Counted from the first letter of the stretch, positions 26,329 to 37,190 are shown. The stretch is 64,000 bases of DNA from Escherichia coli (GCF_003334785.1 NZ_QOWV01000002.1), one strand, 5' to 3'. The notes: generated by a model not told the origin, from the letters alone. A program made the numbers and translations.

Positions 26329-28347
26329 TTAGACGGCAATAGCGATTAGCAGCACAACCAGTGCGGCGACCACATACAGGCAATAGAGACGAAAGTCGCC
26401 GCTTTGCAGATGCTGTATTTCTTTGGCCAGCCGTTGGGTGGCGCTCACGATGGGGCGGATCACCCGCTCATCCCAGAAGGGTTCTGTGCTCTGAGCCCTG
26501 GCGGTGACGTGCGCAAGACCTTTATTTAGCCTCAGCGTAGGGTCGAGCTGTTGTCGTAGACGAAATAGCGCAGAAAAGACCACACGCAGCGGCTGCATCA
26601 CGCCATTGCCTGACGGGGCCATCGCATTTTCCCAGCCGTAGCCGCATGCCCAGGCATCTCCTGTGCGACGAAACGCTGCGCGGCGCGAACGACACCACAG
26701 CCAGTAAAGGCCAGGCAGCAAAGGCATCGCCAGTAGTAACAGCAACAGTAATGAGGGGGTGACCTGTGTATGAAACGTGCCGGGTACAAGTGCTATTCCG
26801 CTGGCGACAGTGGCGGGAGGGGTATTGGTAAACGCATGGGCAATATGCATTATCTTCGGTGCCAGCCAACTGGCACTAAGCGCAATTAATACGCAGAGTG
26901 CCGCGAGCAGTAGCATGGCGACGATCATCGTATTTGGCACTTCCTGTGCCTCTTCAGCGTGTGTACTGCGCGGCGCACCACAGAAAGTAATACCGTACAT
27001 TTTTACGAAGCACATTACTGCCAGCCCACCAGTGACTGCCAGCATTACCATAGCAATAGGACCCGCAAGTTGTAGCGCTACGGCTTCCACACGACTTAGT
27101 GAGAACAGCGACTGCCAGGTGTACCATTCGCTGATAAAACCATTCAGCGGAGGAATGGCTGATATCGCGAGGCAACCAATCAGGCATGCTGCGGCTGTCC
27201 ACGGCATCCGTTTCGCTAGTGCCCCCATTTTTTCCATGTCGTGGGTATGCAAACGCGAAATAATCGCTCCCGCGCCGAGAAATAGCAGCCCTTTGAACAG
27301 CGCATGGTTGAGCAGATGAAACAGTGCGCCGAGCAGTCCAACCACGGTGAGCAGCGGGTCGTGCAGTGACAGACCGACCATCGCCACACCGACTGCCAGC
27401 AAAATAATGCCGACGTTTTCGACGGTACTCCAGGCCAGCAGCCGTTTGATATCCTGTTCCGCCAGCGCATATAGCACGCCCAGGAGCGCGGAGATTGCGC
27501 CGATCGCCATCACCAGAATGCCCCACCACAGAGGCAAACCCGTTTGCGCCAGCAGATCCATCGCTACTTTCAGGATGCCGAAAATACCTATTTTGACCAT
27601 TACGCCAGACATCAACGCCGAAGCGTGCGATGGTGCGGCAGGGTGAGCGCGCGGCAACCAGCTGTGCAACGGCATCATCCCGGCTTTCGCGCCAAAACCG
27701 AAAAAGGCCAGCAGGAACACCGCCGACGCCAGCCCCGGAGAAAGTGAAAGCGTGCGGAAACTGGCAAAATCGAGGCTGCCGCTTTCGCGCCCCATCAGCA
27801 AGAAGGCGATCATTATCAGCACCGATCCGGCGTGGGCGATAAAAAAGTAGAGCATGCCAGCGTTGATCGACGTTTTATCCTGCCTGGCAATGACCAGAAA
27901 CCAGGAAGACAGCGACATCATTTCAAACAGCACGATGAACCAAAAAGCGTTGTCCATCACCAGCAGGGCAACCATCGATGCGATGAAAATATTCATAAAG
28001 AAGCCCATCGCCGCCGCGCCTTTGCCCTCGTATTCGCGCATATAAGTCAATGAATAGAGAGAACAAACCACCACCAGCAAGGAGATAACCAGCACCATAA
28101 ATGCCGAGAGGCTATCCATTCGCAGGGTTAAATCGGCAAATTCAAAAGGGGTGGCAAAACGGGCGACTAAAGTTACACCAGCATGTAATTGCGTAATTCC
28201 GCTGATGATGCCAATCACGCCGCCCACCAGCGATGTGATGCCGGAAAGCTTAATAGCCAGTCTGTCCAGACCGAGTAAAAACAGCGAAGCCAGACTAGCA
28301 AACAGATAGAGAATCAGCGACCAGGTTAATAATTGCAGGGCATCCAT
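26329..28347 (-). CDS. hyfB: Hydrogenase-4 membrane subunit HyfB (NuoL/M/N antiporter-like)
   Basis: 672 aa antiporter-like membrane protein. Confidence 0.9.
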   Translation of the reverse strand: MDALQLLTWSLILYLFASLASLFLLGLDRLAIKLSGITSLVGGVIGIISGITQLHAGVTLVARFATPFEFADLTLRMDSLSAFMVLVISLLVVVCSLYSLTYMREYEGKGAAAMGFFMNIFIASMVALLVMDNAFWFIVLFEMMSLSSWFLVIARQDKTSINAGMLYFFIAHAGSVLIMIAFLLMGRESGSLDFASFRTLSLSPGLASAVFLLAFFGFGAKAGMMPLHSWLPRAHPAAPSHASALMSGVMVKIGIFGILKVAMDLLAQTGLPLWWGILVMAIGAISALLGVLYALAEQDIKRLLAWSTVENVGIILLAVGVAMVGLSLHDPLLTVVGLLGALFHLLNHALFKGLLFLGAGAIISRLHTHDMEKMGALAKRMPWTAAACLIGCLAISAIPPLNGFISEWYTWQSLFSLSRVEAVALQLAGPIAMVMLAVTGGLAVMCFVKMYGITFCGAPRSTHAEEAQEVPNTMIVAMLLLAALCVLIALSASWLAPKIMHIAHAFTNTPPATVASGIALVPGTFHTQVTPSLLLLLLLAMPLLPGLYWLWCRSRRAAFRRTGDAWACGYGWENAMAPSGNGVMQPLRVVFSALFRLRQQLDPTLRLNKGLAHVTARAQSTEPFWDERVIRPIVSATQRLAKEIQHLQSGDFRLYCLYVVAALVVLLIAIAV

Positions 28348-28964
28348 TAGCGTTGCTCCTGAGTGAGGGAAAGGGGATCCTCCCCGCCATTGGCAAACCA
28401 GCTTGCGGCAAGGCGCTGTTTTTCTTTCATCTGACGTTGCAGGCTATCACCGGTGATCAGCCGTAACGCCTGATTCGGGCAAGCGCGAACGCAGGCCGGA
28501 CCTTCTGGCAAGAAATCACACAGGTCGCATTTCACCGCGACGGTCTGGACACCAGGTTCCCAGCGCAGCAAAGCATGTTGTGTTGGCGCGTTTTCTTCGC
28601 CGTCTTTGAGTGAGCCTTCAGCCTGAAAAACATATTGCGCATGGGCATTCACCGGACGGCTTCCTGAAGCGCTGATTGCGCCAAATGGGCAGACCACGGC
28701 GCAAAGCTTGCAGCCAATACAGAGGCTTTCGTTGAGTTGGATCGCATCATCCCTCTGAGAGATGGCATTGACCGGGCAGACCTGCAGGCAAGGGGCTTCC
28801 TCACAGTGATGACACACGACAGGGGCAGTGATTGTTGACGTCTTCGCCAGGGCCAGGCGCGGGTGTTGCTGTAAACCTTGCGTTTTATGCACGTCCGAAC
28901 AGGCAGCGAGACAGGTATTACATCCTGTACACCACAGTGGTTCGGCCACCACAAAGCGGTTCAT
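28347..28964 (-). CDS. hyfA: Hydrogenase-4 Fe-S subunit HyfA (4x[4Fe-4S] ferredoxin)
   Basis: 205 aa from MNRFVVAEPLWCTGCNTCLAACS; multiple CxxCxxCxxxC clusters; the ORF track is extended by 13 codons. Confidence 0.9.
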   Translation of the reverse strand: MNRFVVAEPLWCTGCNTCLAACSDVHKTQGLQQHPRLALAKTSTITAPVVCHHCEEAPCLQVCPVNAISQRDDAIQLNESLCIGCKLCAVVCPFGAISASGSRPVNAHAQYVFQAEGSLKDGEENAPTQHALLRWEPGVQTVAVKCDLCDFLPEGPACVRACPNQALRLITGDSLQRQMKEKQRLAASWFANGGEDPLSLTQEQR

Positions 28965-29005
28965 GTCGGCTCCTTGAAAATGATATGAAACATTGCATTT
29001 CATAT

Positions 29006-29021
29006 TGCATAAAGGATGCCA
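29006..29021 (-). promoter_or_regulatory. Sigma-54 (-24/-12) promoter of the hyf operon
   Basis: Minus-strand TGGCATcctttATGCA matches the TGGCAC-N5-TTGCA consensus with GG and GC at the correct spacing, ~45 bp upstream of the hyfA ATG; the operon encodes a sigma-54 activator (HyfR). Confidence 0.7.
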
Positions 29022-29216
29022 TTCTGATTAACTCAATATATTCAATAAGTTATGTATTAACTGGATTCTGAACGGTACAAAAATGATGGTCATTAACGTT
29101 CAGCAAAAAATGGATTCGACACCCGTGTCGCAGGGGAAAGCGAGAATGTGATCTTGATCACGAGAAGTGAGGTATGCTGGCCGCAAGCGCAGCCAGCACG
29201 GAATGGAGCAAAGTAA

Positions 29217-29687
29217 TCAGGCGTGTTCTTTCAGCCAGTTCAGCACAACGTCGTGGTGATTGCTGGTTTTGAAATCGTCAAAGACATGTTCGATTTTGCC
29301 ATCAGCGTCAATCAGGAAGCTGATGCGATGAATGCCATCGTAGGTTTTGCCCATGAAGGACTTTTCACCCCAGACGCCGAATTGTTCGCACACCTGGTGG
29401 TCCTCATCAGACAGGAGCGTAAAGTTAAGCAGCTCTTTTTCCGCAAAACGGGAGAGTTTTTCGGGTTTATCGGTGCTGATACCCAGCACATCAACGCCCG
29501 CTTTTTTCAACTCATCCATGTTATCGCGTAAGCCGCAGGCCTGTACGGTACAGCCGGGGGTCATGGCTTTCGGGTAGAAATAAACCAGAACACGCTGTCC
29601 CTGGAAGTCGGTCAAATTAACTTGTTCTCCGTCTTGATCCGGCAAGCTAAATTTCGGTGCGATATCACCGGCTTTCAGTGGATTCAT
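29217..29687 (-). CDS. bcp: Thiol peroxidase Bcp (peroxiredoxin)
   Basis: 156 aa; peroxidatic Cys in MTPGCTVQACG; its start overlaps the gcvR stop. Confidence 0.92.
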   Translation of the reverse strand: MNPLKAGDIAPKFSLPDQDGEQVNLTDFQGQRVLVYFYPKAMTPGCTVQACGLRDNMDELKKAGVDVLGISTDKPEKLSRFAEKELLNFTLLSDEDHQVCEQFGVWGEKSFMGKTYDGIHRISFLIDADGKIEHVFDDFKTSNHHDVVLNWLKEHA

Positions 29688-30259
29688 TACTTAACTCCAT
29701 CCTGTTCATCATGTTGGGAATAATTGACGACGTTAATACTGCCTTGTGCATTGAGTTCTGTACATAGGGCTTTGAACGCTTGCTCAATATTTGCTGCGTC
29801 CGCAGATGCGGGGCTGTGGGCGGTTATCTGAATATGCAACTGCGCAGCCCGTTCATTTTCAGCAGGTTGCGTGCGCGACACCAGCTCCGCAATGTTCATA
29901 TGATGCGCGTCGAAAAGTGCTGTGAAGCGTTCAATTAAATGCGGGGAGTCTGCCACATCGACCTGAACCCAGACAGATGCTGGCATTGGCGGACGCGGAC
30001 GCGCCGTCGTGCGCTTCATCACGATTAAAAGATCCAGTTCGGCACCTTTCAACGGTAACGTTGATTCAATCAGAGTAATGGCATTCCATGAACCGGAAAG
30101 CAGCATAATAAACGTGAACTCTTCTCCCAGCATCGCCAGGCGACTGTCTTCAATATTACAGCCGCAACTACTGACATGACGGGTGATGGTGTTCACAATT
30201 CCAGGGCGATCGGCACCCAACGCAGTGATCACCAGATAATGTTGCGATGACAGTGTCAA
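29687..30259 (-). CDS. gcvR: Glycine cleavage system transcriptional repressor GcvR
   Basis: Tandem ACT-like domains; the remembered N-terminus MTLSSQHYLVITALGADRPGIV corresponds to an in-frame TTG (190 aa), the ORF track extends 22 codons upstream. Confidence 0.85.
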   Translation of the reverse strand: MTLSSQHYLVITALGADRPGIVNTITRHVSSCGCNIEDSRLAMLGEEFTFIMLLSGSWNAITLIESTLPLKGAELDLLIVMKRTTARPRPPMPASVWVQVDVADSPHLIERFTALFDAHHMNIAELVSRTQPAENERAAQLHIQITAHSPASADAANIEQAFKALCTELNAQGSINVVNYSQHDEQDGVK

Positions 30260-30404
30260 ACTGGTTATTCCTTTAAGGGGTGAGTTGTTCTTAAGGAAAG
30301 CATAAAAAAAACATGCATACAACAATCAGAACGGTTCTGTCTGCTTGCTTTTAATGCCATACCAAACGTACCATTGAGACACTTGTTTGCACAGAGGATG
30401 GCCC

Positions 30405-31283
30405 ATGTTCACGGGAAGTATTGTCGCGATTGTTACTCCGATGGATGAAAAAGGTAATGTCTGTCGGGCTAGCTTGAAAAAACTGATTGATTATCATGTC
30501 GCCAGCGGTACTTCGGCGATCGTTTCTGTTGGCACCACTGGCGAGTCCGCTACCTTAAATCATGACGAACATGCTGATGTGGTGATGATGACGCTGGATC
30601 TGGCTGATGGGCGCATTCCGGTAATTGCCGGGACCGGCGCTAACGCTACTGCGGAAGCCATTAGCCTGACGCAGCGCTTCAATGACAGTGGTATCGTCGG
30701 CTGCCTGACGGTAACCCCTTACTACAATCGTCCGTCGCAAGAAGGTTTGTATCAGCATTTCAAAGCCATCGCTGAGCATACTGACCTGCCGCAAATTCTG
30801 TATAATGTGCCGTCCCGTACTGGCTGCGATCTGCTCCCGGAAACGGTGGGCCGTCTGGCGAAAGTAAAAAATATTATCGGAATCAAAGAGGCAACAGGGA
30901 ACTTAACGCGTGTAAACCAGATCAAAGAGCTGGTTTCAGATGATTTTGTTCTGCTGAGCGGCGATGATGCGAGCGCGCTGGACTTCATGCAATTGGGCGG
31001 TCATGGGGTTATTTCCGTTACGGCTAACGTCGCAGCGCGTGATATGGCCCAGATGTGCAAACTGGCAGCAGAAGGGCATTTTGCCGAGGCACGCGTTATT
31101 AATCAGCGTCTGATGCCATTACACAACAAACTATTTGTCGAACCCAATCCAATCCCGGTGAAATGGGCATGTAAGGAACTGGGTCTTGTGGCGACCGATA
31201 CGCTGCGCCTGCCAATGACACCAATCACCGACAGTGGTCGTGAGACGGTCAGAGCGGCGCTTAAGCATGCCGGTTTGCTGTAA
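30405..31283 (+). CDS. dapA: 4-hydroxy-tetrahydrodipicolinate synthase
   Basis: 292 aa from [17 protein letters not shown]; DHDPS motifs (VGTTGES). Confidence 0.93.
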
Positions 31284-31299
31284 AGTTTAGGGAGATTTG

Positions 31300-32334
31300 A
31301 TGGCTTACTCTGTTCAAAAGTCGCGCCTGGCAAAGGTTGCGGGTGTTTCGCTTGTTTTATTACTCGCTGCCTGTAGTTCTGACTCACGCTATAAGCGTCA
31401 GGTCAGTGGTGATGAAGCCTACCTGGAAGCGGCACCGCTTGCGGAGCTTCATGCCCCGGCTGGAATGATTTTGCCGGTGACCTCCGGTGATTATGCAATC
31501 CCGGTGACCAACGGTAGTGGTGCTGTCGGTAAGGCGCTGGACATTCGTCCACCAGCCCAGCCGCTGGCACTGGTTTCTGGCGCGCGTACCCAGTTCACGG
31601 GCGATACCGCTTCATTGCTGGTGGAAAATGGTCGTGGCAATACTCTGTGGCCGCAGGTGGTTAGCGTGCTGCAGGCGAAAAACTACACCATCACCCAACG
31701 TGATGATGCTGGTCAGACACTGACCACCGATTGGGTACAATGGAACCGTCTGGACGAAGACGAGCAGTATCGTGGTCGTTATCAAATCTCTGTTAAGCCG
31801 CAGGGTTATCAGCAGGCGGTTACGGTTAAACTGCTGAACCTGGAACAGGCGGGCAAACCGGTTGCAGACGCGGCTTCCATGCAGCGTTACAGCACGGAGA
31901 TGATGAACGTTATTTCCGCCGGTCTGGATAAATCTGCCACTGACGCCGCGAACGCTGCGCAAAATCGTGCCTCCACCACTATGGACGTACAAAGTGCAGC
32001 TGATGACACCGGTTTACCAATGCTGGTCGTACGCGGGCCGTTCAATGTGGTTTGGCAACGTCTGCCAGCGGCGCTGGAAAAAGTGGGCATGAAAGTGACC
32101 GACAGCACCCGTTCGCAGGGCAACATGGCCGTAACTTATAAGCCGCTGTCTGACAGCGACTGGCAGGAACTGGGCGCGAGCGATCCAGGCCTGGCATCCG
32201 GTGACTATAAACTGCAGGTTGGCGATTTAGATAACCGCAGCAGCCTACAGTTCATCGATCCGAAAGGTCATACTCTGACTCAGAGTCAGAACGACGCGCT
32301 GGTAGCTGTCTTCCAGGCTGCGTTTAGCAAGTAA
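31300..32334 (+). CDS. bamC: Outer-membrane protein assembly factor BamC (NlpB) lipoprotein
   Basis: 344 aa; signal peptide with lipobox LLAACSS; 16 bp downstream of dapA. Confidence 0.92.
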
Positions 32335-32377
32335 AAATACAGGGCTGGAATCATCCGGCCCTTTTTTCTGATATGAT

Positions 32378-32393
32378 ACGCAAACGTGTGCGT
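32378..32393. promoter_or_regulatory. PurR operator (pur box) for purC
   Basis: ACGCAAACGTGTGCGT, a near-perfect PurR palindrome in the bamC-purC spacer. Confidence 0.7.
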
Positions 32394-32438
32394 CTGCAGG
32401 AAAACGCGATTTTAGCGGTAATTCGCACGAAATTTGTT

Positions 32439-32483
<45 letters not shown>

Positions 32484-32546
32484 ACATCCGGCACACCAGA
32501 CAGCAAAAGATTTTAAAACGTTAATTCACACCCAGGAGTGATAAAG

Positions 32547-33260
32547 ATGCAAAAGCAAGCTGAGTTGTATCGTGGTAAAGCGAAAACCGTATACAGCACG
32601 GAAAACCCGGACCTGTTGGTGCTCGAATTCCGCAATGATACGTCAGCAGGGGATGGCGCGCGCATTGAGCAGTTTGATCGCAAAGGTATGGTGAACAACA
32701 AGTTCAACTACTTCATTATGAGCAAACTGGCTGAAGCGGGTATCCCGACTCAAATGGAGCGTCTGCTCTCCGATACCGAATGTCTGGTGAAAAAGCTGGA
32801 TATGGTGCCGGTTGAGTGTGTCGTGCGTAACCGTGCTGCTGGCTCTCTGGTGAAACGTCTTGGAATCGAAGAAGGTATTGAGCTGAACCCGCCGCTGTTC
32901 GATCTGTTCCTGAAAAACGACGCCATGCACGATCCGATGGTCAACGAATCTTACTGCGAAACCTTTGGCTGGGTGAGCAAAGAGAACCTGGCGCGTATGA
33001 AAGAGCTGACCTACAAAGCGAACGACGTGCTGAAAAAACTGTTCGATGATGCTGGTCTGATTCTGGTCGACTTCAAGCTGGAATTTGGTCTGTACAAAGG
33101 CGAAGTGGTACTGGGTGATGAGTTCTCCCCGGACGGTAGCCGCCTGTGGGACAAAGAAACGCTGGAGAAAATGGACAAAGACCGTTTCCGCCAGAGCCTC
33201 GGTGGCCTGATCGAAGCCTATGAAGCCGTCGCCCGCCGCCTGGGTGTACAGCTGGACTGA
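32547..33260 (+). CDS. purC: Phosphoribosylaminoimidazole-succinocarboxamide (SAICAR) synthase
   Basis: 237 aa from [28 protein letters not shown]. Confidence 0.93.
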
Positions 33261-33427
33261 TTTTTCTGTTCATCATCTTGCCGTGCAGCTGGCACGGCAA
33301 GACAACCGCTCTCGGAATATATGCATTGAACGCTCATTCCTCCGCCATTTCATCCCGCTTTCCTGTGGTAATCTTCCTCTGAACCACCTACGATCATTTC
33401 TATAATGAATATATTGTTGAGGTATCT

Positions 33428-34291
33428 ATGCGTTGGCAAGGGCGACGTGAAAGTGACAATGTTGAAGACAGGCGCAACAGCTCTGGTGGTCCATCTATGG
33501 GCGGTCCCGGTTTTCGCCTGCCAAGCGGTAAAGGCGGGCTGATTTTACTGATAGTCGTGCTGGTTGCAGGCTACTATGGTGTTGATTTAACCGGGTTGAT
33601 GACCGGGCAGCCGGTTTCCCAACAACAATCAACGCGGTCAATTAGCCCAAATGAAGACGAAGCCGCAAAATTCACCTCGGTGATTCTGGCAACCACGGAA
33701 GACACCTGGGGACAACAGTTCGAGAAGATGGGTAAGACCTATCAGCAACCGAAGCTGGTCATGTACCGTGGAATGACGCGTACCGGCTGCGGGGCGGGCC
33801 AGTCCATAATGGGGCCGTTCTATTGCCCGGCGGATGGCACGGTTTATATCGATCTCTCCTTCTATGATGACATGAAAGACAAACTTGGCGCGGATGGCGA
33901 TTTTGCCCAGGGGTACGTTATCGCCCATGAAGTCGGTCATCATGTGCAGAAACTGTTAGGCATCGAGCCGAAAGTTCGTCAACTGCAACAAAACGCGACG
34001 CAGGCGGAAGTAAACCGCTTATCTGTGCGTATGGAACTCCAGGCCGACTGTTTTGCCGGTGTCTGGGGGCATAGTATGCAGCAGCAAGGCGTTCTGGAAA
34101 CCGGCGATCTGGAAGAGGCGCTGAACGCGGCGCAGGCCATCGGCGATGACCGTTTACAACAGCAAAGTCAGGGGCGAGTAGTACCAGACAGTTTCACTCA
34201 TGGCACTTCTCAGCAACGCTACAGCTGGTTGAAACGTGGTTTCGACAGCGGCGATCCGGCACAATGCAATACTTTTGGTAAAAGCATTTAA
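33428..34291 (+). CDS. ypfJ: Putative zinc metallopeptidase YpfJ
   Basis: 287 aa; N-terminal membrane anchor; HExxH zinc motif ([11 protein letters not shown]). Confidence 0.85.
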   Translation: MRWQGRRESDNVEDRRNSSGGPSMGGPGFRLPSGKGGLILLIVVLVAGYYGVDLTGLMTGQPVSQQQSTRSISPNEDEAAKFTSVILATTEDTWGQQFEKMGKTYQQPKLVMYRGMTRTGCGAGQSIMGPFYCPADGTVYIDLSFYDDMKDKLGADGDFAQGYVIAHEVGHHVQKLLGIEPKVRQLQQNATQAEVNRLSVRMELQADCFAGVWGHSMQQQGVLETGDLEEALNAAQAIGDDRLQQQSQGRVVPDSFTHGTSQQRYSWLKRGFDSGDPAQCNTFGKSI

Positions 34292-34305
34292 CTTCCGGGG
34301 CAGGG

Positions 34306-36321
34306 ATGGCTGAACTGACTGCGCTTCACACATTAACAGCGCAAATGAAACGTGAAGGGATCCGCCGCTTGCTGGTGTTGAGCGGGGAAGAGGGTTGGTG
34401 TTTTGAGCATACTCTTAAGTTGCGTGATGCCTTACCTGGCGACTGGCTGTGGATTTCGCCGCGGCCAGATGCTGAAAACCACTGTTCTCCCTCGGCACTA
34501 CAAACTTTACTTGGGCGCGAGTTCCGGCATGCGGTATTCGACGCCCGCCACGGCTTTGATGCCGCTGCCTTTGCCGCACTTAGCGGAACGTTGAAAGCGG
34601 GAAGCTGGCTGGTTTTGTTACTCCCTGTATGGGAAGAGTGGGAAAACCAACCTGATGCCGACTCGCTGCGCTGGAGTGATTGCCCTGACCCTATTGCGAC
34701 GCCGCATTTTGTCCAGCATCTCAAACGCGTACTTACGGCGGATAACGAGGCTATCCTCTGGCGGCAAAACCAGCCATTCTCGTTGGCGCATTTTACTCCC
34801 CGTACTGACTGGTACCCCGCGACTGGCGCACCACAACCAGAACAACAGCAACTCTTAAAGCAGCTAATGACCATGCCGCCGGGCGTGGCAGCGGTAACGG
34901 CTGCGCGTGGGCGCGGTAAGTCGGCGTTGGCAGGGCAACTCATTTCTCGTATTGCGGGCAGAGCGATTGTCACCGCGCCCGCAAAAGCGTCAACGGATGT
35001 ACTGGCACAATTTGCGGGCGAGAAGTTTCGCTTTATTGCGCCGGATGCCTTGTTAGCCAGCGATGAGCAAGCCGACTGGCTGGTGGTCGATGAAGCCGCA
35101 GCCATACCTGCGCCATTGTTGCATCAACTGGTATCGCGTTTTCCTCGAACGTTGTTAACCACTACGGTGCAGGGCTACGAAGGCACCGGACGTGGTTTTT
35201 TGCTGAAATTTTGCGCTCGCTTTCCGCATTTACACCGTTTTGAACTGCAACAGCCGATCCGCTGGGCGCAGGGATGCCCGCTGGAAAAAATGGTCAGCGA
35301 GGCACTGGTTTTTGACGATGAAAACTTCACCCATACACCACAAGGCAATATTGTCATTTCCGCATTTGAACAGACGTTATGGCAAAGCGATCCAGAAACG
35401 CCGTTAAAGGTTTATCAGCTCTTGTCTGGTGCGCACTATCGGACTTCGCCGCTGGATTTACGCCGGATGATGGATGCACCAGGGCAACATTTTTTACAGG
35501 CGGCTGGCGAAAACGAGATTGCCGGGGCGCTGTGGCTGGTGGATGAGGGTGGATTATCTCAACAACTCAGTCAGGCGGTATGGGCAGGTTTTCGTCGCCC
35601 GCGGGGTAATCTGGTGGCCCAGTCGCTGGCGGCGCACGGCAACAATCCACTGGCGGCGACATTGCGTGGACGGCGGGTCAGCCGGATAGCAGTTCATCCG
35701 GCTCGTCAGCGGGAAGGCACAGGGCGGCAACTTATTGCTGGTGCTTTGCAATATACGCAAGACCTCGACTATCTTTCGGTGAGTTTTGGTTACACCGGGG
35801 AGTTATGGCGTTTCTGGCAACGCTGCGGTTTTGTGCTGGTGCGGATGGGTAATCATCGGGAAGCCAGCAGCGGTTGCTATACGGCGATGGCGCTGTTACC
35901 GATGAGTGATGCGGGTAAACAGCTGGCTGAACGTGAGCATTACCGTTTACGTCGCGATGCGCAAGCTCTCGCGCAGTGGAATGGCGAAACGCTTCCTGTT
36001 GATCCACTAAACGATGCCGTCCTTTCTGACGACGACTGGCTTGAACTGGCCGGTTTTGCTTTCGCTCATCGTCCGCTATTAACGTCGTTAGGTTGCTTAT
36101 TGCGTCTGTTACAAACCAGTGAACTGGCATTACCGGCGCTGCGTGGGCGTTTACAGAAAAACGCCAGTGATGCGCAGTTATGTACCACACTTAAACTTTC
36201 AGGCCGCAAGATGTTACTGGTCCGTCAGCGGGAAGAGGCCGCGCAGGCGCTGTTCGCACTTAATGATGTTCGCACTGAGCGTCTGCGCGATCGCATAACG
36301 CAATGGCAATTATTTCACTGA
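34306..36321 (+). CDS. tmcA: tRNA(Met) cytidine acetyltransferase TmcA (YpfI)
   Basis: 671 aa; Walker A (ARGRGKSAL) helicase-like domain plus C-terminal GNAT acetyltransferase region. Confidence 0.88.
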   Translation: MAELTALHTLTAQMKREGIRRLLVLSGEEGWCFEHTLKLRDALPGDWLWISPRPDAENHCSPSALQTLLGREFRHAVFDARHGFDAAAFAALSGTLKAGSWLVLLLPVWEEWENQPDADSLRWSDCPDPIATPHFVQHLKRVLTADNEAILWRQNQPFSLAHFTPRTDWYPATGAPQPEQQQLLKQLMTMPPGVAAVTAARGRGKSALAGQLISRIAGRAIVTAPAKASTDVLAQFAGEKFRFIAPDALLASDEQADWLVVDEAAAIPAPLLHQLVSRFPRTLLTTTVQGYEGTGRGFLLKFCARFPHLHRFELQQPIRWAQGCPLEKMVSEALVFDDENFTHTPQGNIVISAFEQTLWQSDPETPLKVYQLLSGAHYRTSPLDLRRMMDAPGQHFLQAAGENEIAGALWLVDEGGLSQQLSQAVWAGFRRPRGNLVAQSLAAHGNNPLAATLRGRRVSRIAVHPARQREGTGRQLIAGALQYTQDLDYLSVSFGYTGELWRFWQRCGFVLVRMGNHREASSGCYTAMALLPMSDAGKQLAEREHYRLRRDAQALAQWNGETLPVDPLNDAVLSDDDWLELAGFAFAHRPLLTSLGCLLRLLQTSELALPALRGRLQKNASDAQLCTTLKLSGRKMLLVRQREEAAQALFALNDVRTERLRDRITQWQLFH

Positions 36322-36394
36322 CTCCTTCAATTTTATCTCATGGTCATTGTGAGTCAGCGGCGTAAAATTAATGACATCAGTTAAGGAGTTCGCC

Positions 36395-37093
36395 ATGAAA
36401 CATGACCATTTTGTTGTTCAAAGCCCGGATAAACCTGCGCAACAGTTGTTACTGCTTTTCCACGGTGTCGGGGATAACCCGGTGGCAATGGGGGAAATAG
36501 GCAACTGGTTTGCACCGCTGTTTCCTGATGCGCTGGTGGTGAGTGTCGGTGGCGCGGAGCCGAGCGGTAATCCGGCGGGGCGTCAGTGGTTTTCGGTGCA
36601 GGGTATTACGGAAGATAATCGCCAGGCGCGTGTGGATGCGATCATGCCGACGTTTATTGAAACGGTGCGCTACTGGCAGAAACAGAGCGGAGTAGGGGCT
36701 AACGCCACGGCGCTCATCGGTTTCTCTCAAGGCGCGATTATGGTGCTGGAGAGCATTAAAGCCGAACCGGGCCTTGCTTCACGCGTCATTGCTTTTAACG
36801 GACGCTATGCGAGCCTGCCGGAAACTGCGTCTACAGCCACGACAATTCACCTGATTCATGGCGGTGAAGATCCGGTTATCGATCTGGCGCATGCGGTTGC
36901 TGCGCAGGAAGCGTTAATCAGTGCCGGTGGTGACGTGACGCTGGATATCGTGGAGGATTTAGGCCATGCGATCGACAATCGCAGTATGCAATTTGCCCTG
37001 GATCACTTGCGTTATACCATTCCGAAACATTATTTCGACGAAGCGCTAAGTGGCGGTAAGCCTGGCGATGATGATGTGATTGAAATGATGTAA
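36395..37093 (+). CDS. ypfH: Alpha/beta-hydrolase esterase YpfH
   Basis: 232 aa from MKHDHFVVQ; GxSxG nucleophile elbow (GFSQG). Confidence 0.85.
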   Translation: MKHDHFVVQSPDKPAQQLLLLFHGVGDNPVAMGEIGNWFAPLFPDALVVSVGGAEPSGNPAGRQWFSVQGITEDNRQARVDAIMPTFIETVRYWQKQSGVGANATALIGFSQGAIMVLESIKAEPGLASRVIAFNGRYASLPETASTATTIHLIHGGEDPVIDLAHAVAAQEALISAGGDVTLDIVEDLGHAIDNRSMQFALDHLRYTIPKHYFDEALSGGKPGDDDVIEMM

Positions 37094-37104
37094 AAGACAG
37101 ATTA

Positions 37105-37190
37105 CCTGGCCTGATAAGACGCGTGAGCGTCGCATCAGGCATCGTTCACCATTGCCGGATGCGGCGTTAACGCCTTATCCGGCCTACGGT
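37105..37190. repeat. REP/BIME: two inverted REP units between convergent ypfH and ypfN
   Basis: GCCTGATAAGACGCGtgagCGTCGCATCAGGC and GCCGGATGCGGCGttaaCGCCTTATCCGGCCTAC. Confidence 0.8.

Noticed and set aside
15383-29021. hyf locus as a candidate undescribed system
   Set aside because: Although functionally enigmatic, it is the published hydrogenase-4 operon; gene content and order match exactly, so it is not novel.
34326-35105. 259-aa minus-strand ORF antisense to tmcA
   Set aside because: Fully embedded antisense in tmcA; Ser/Ala/Arg-rich low-complexity translation with no start context.
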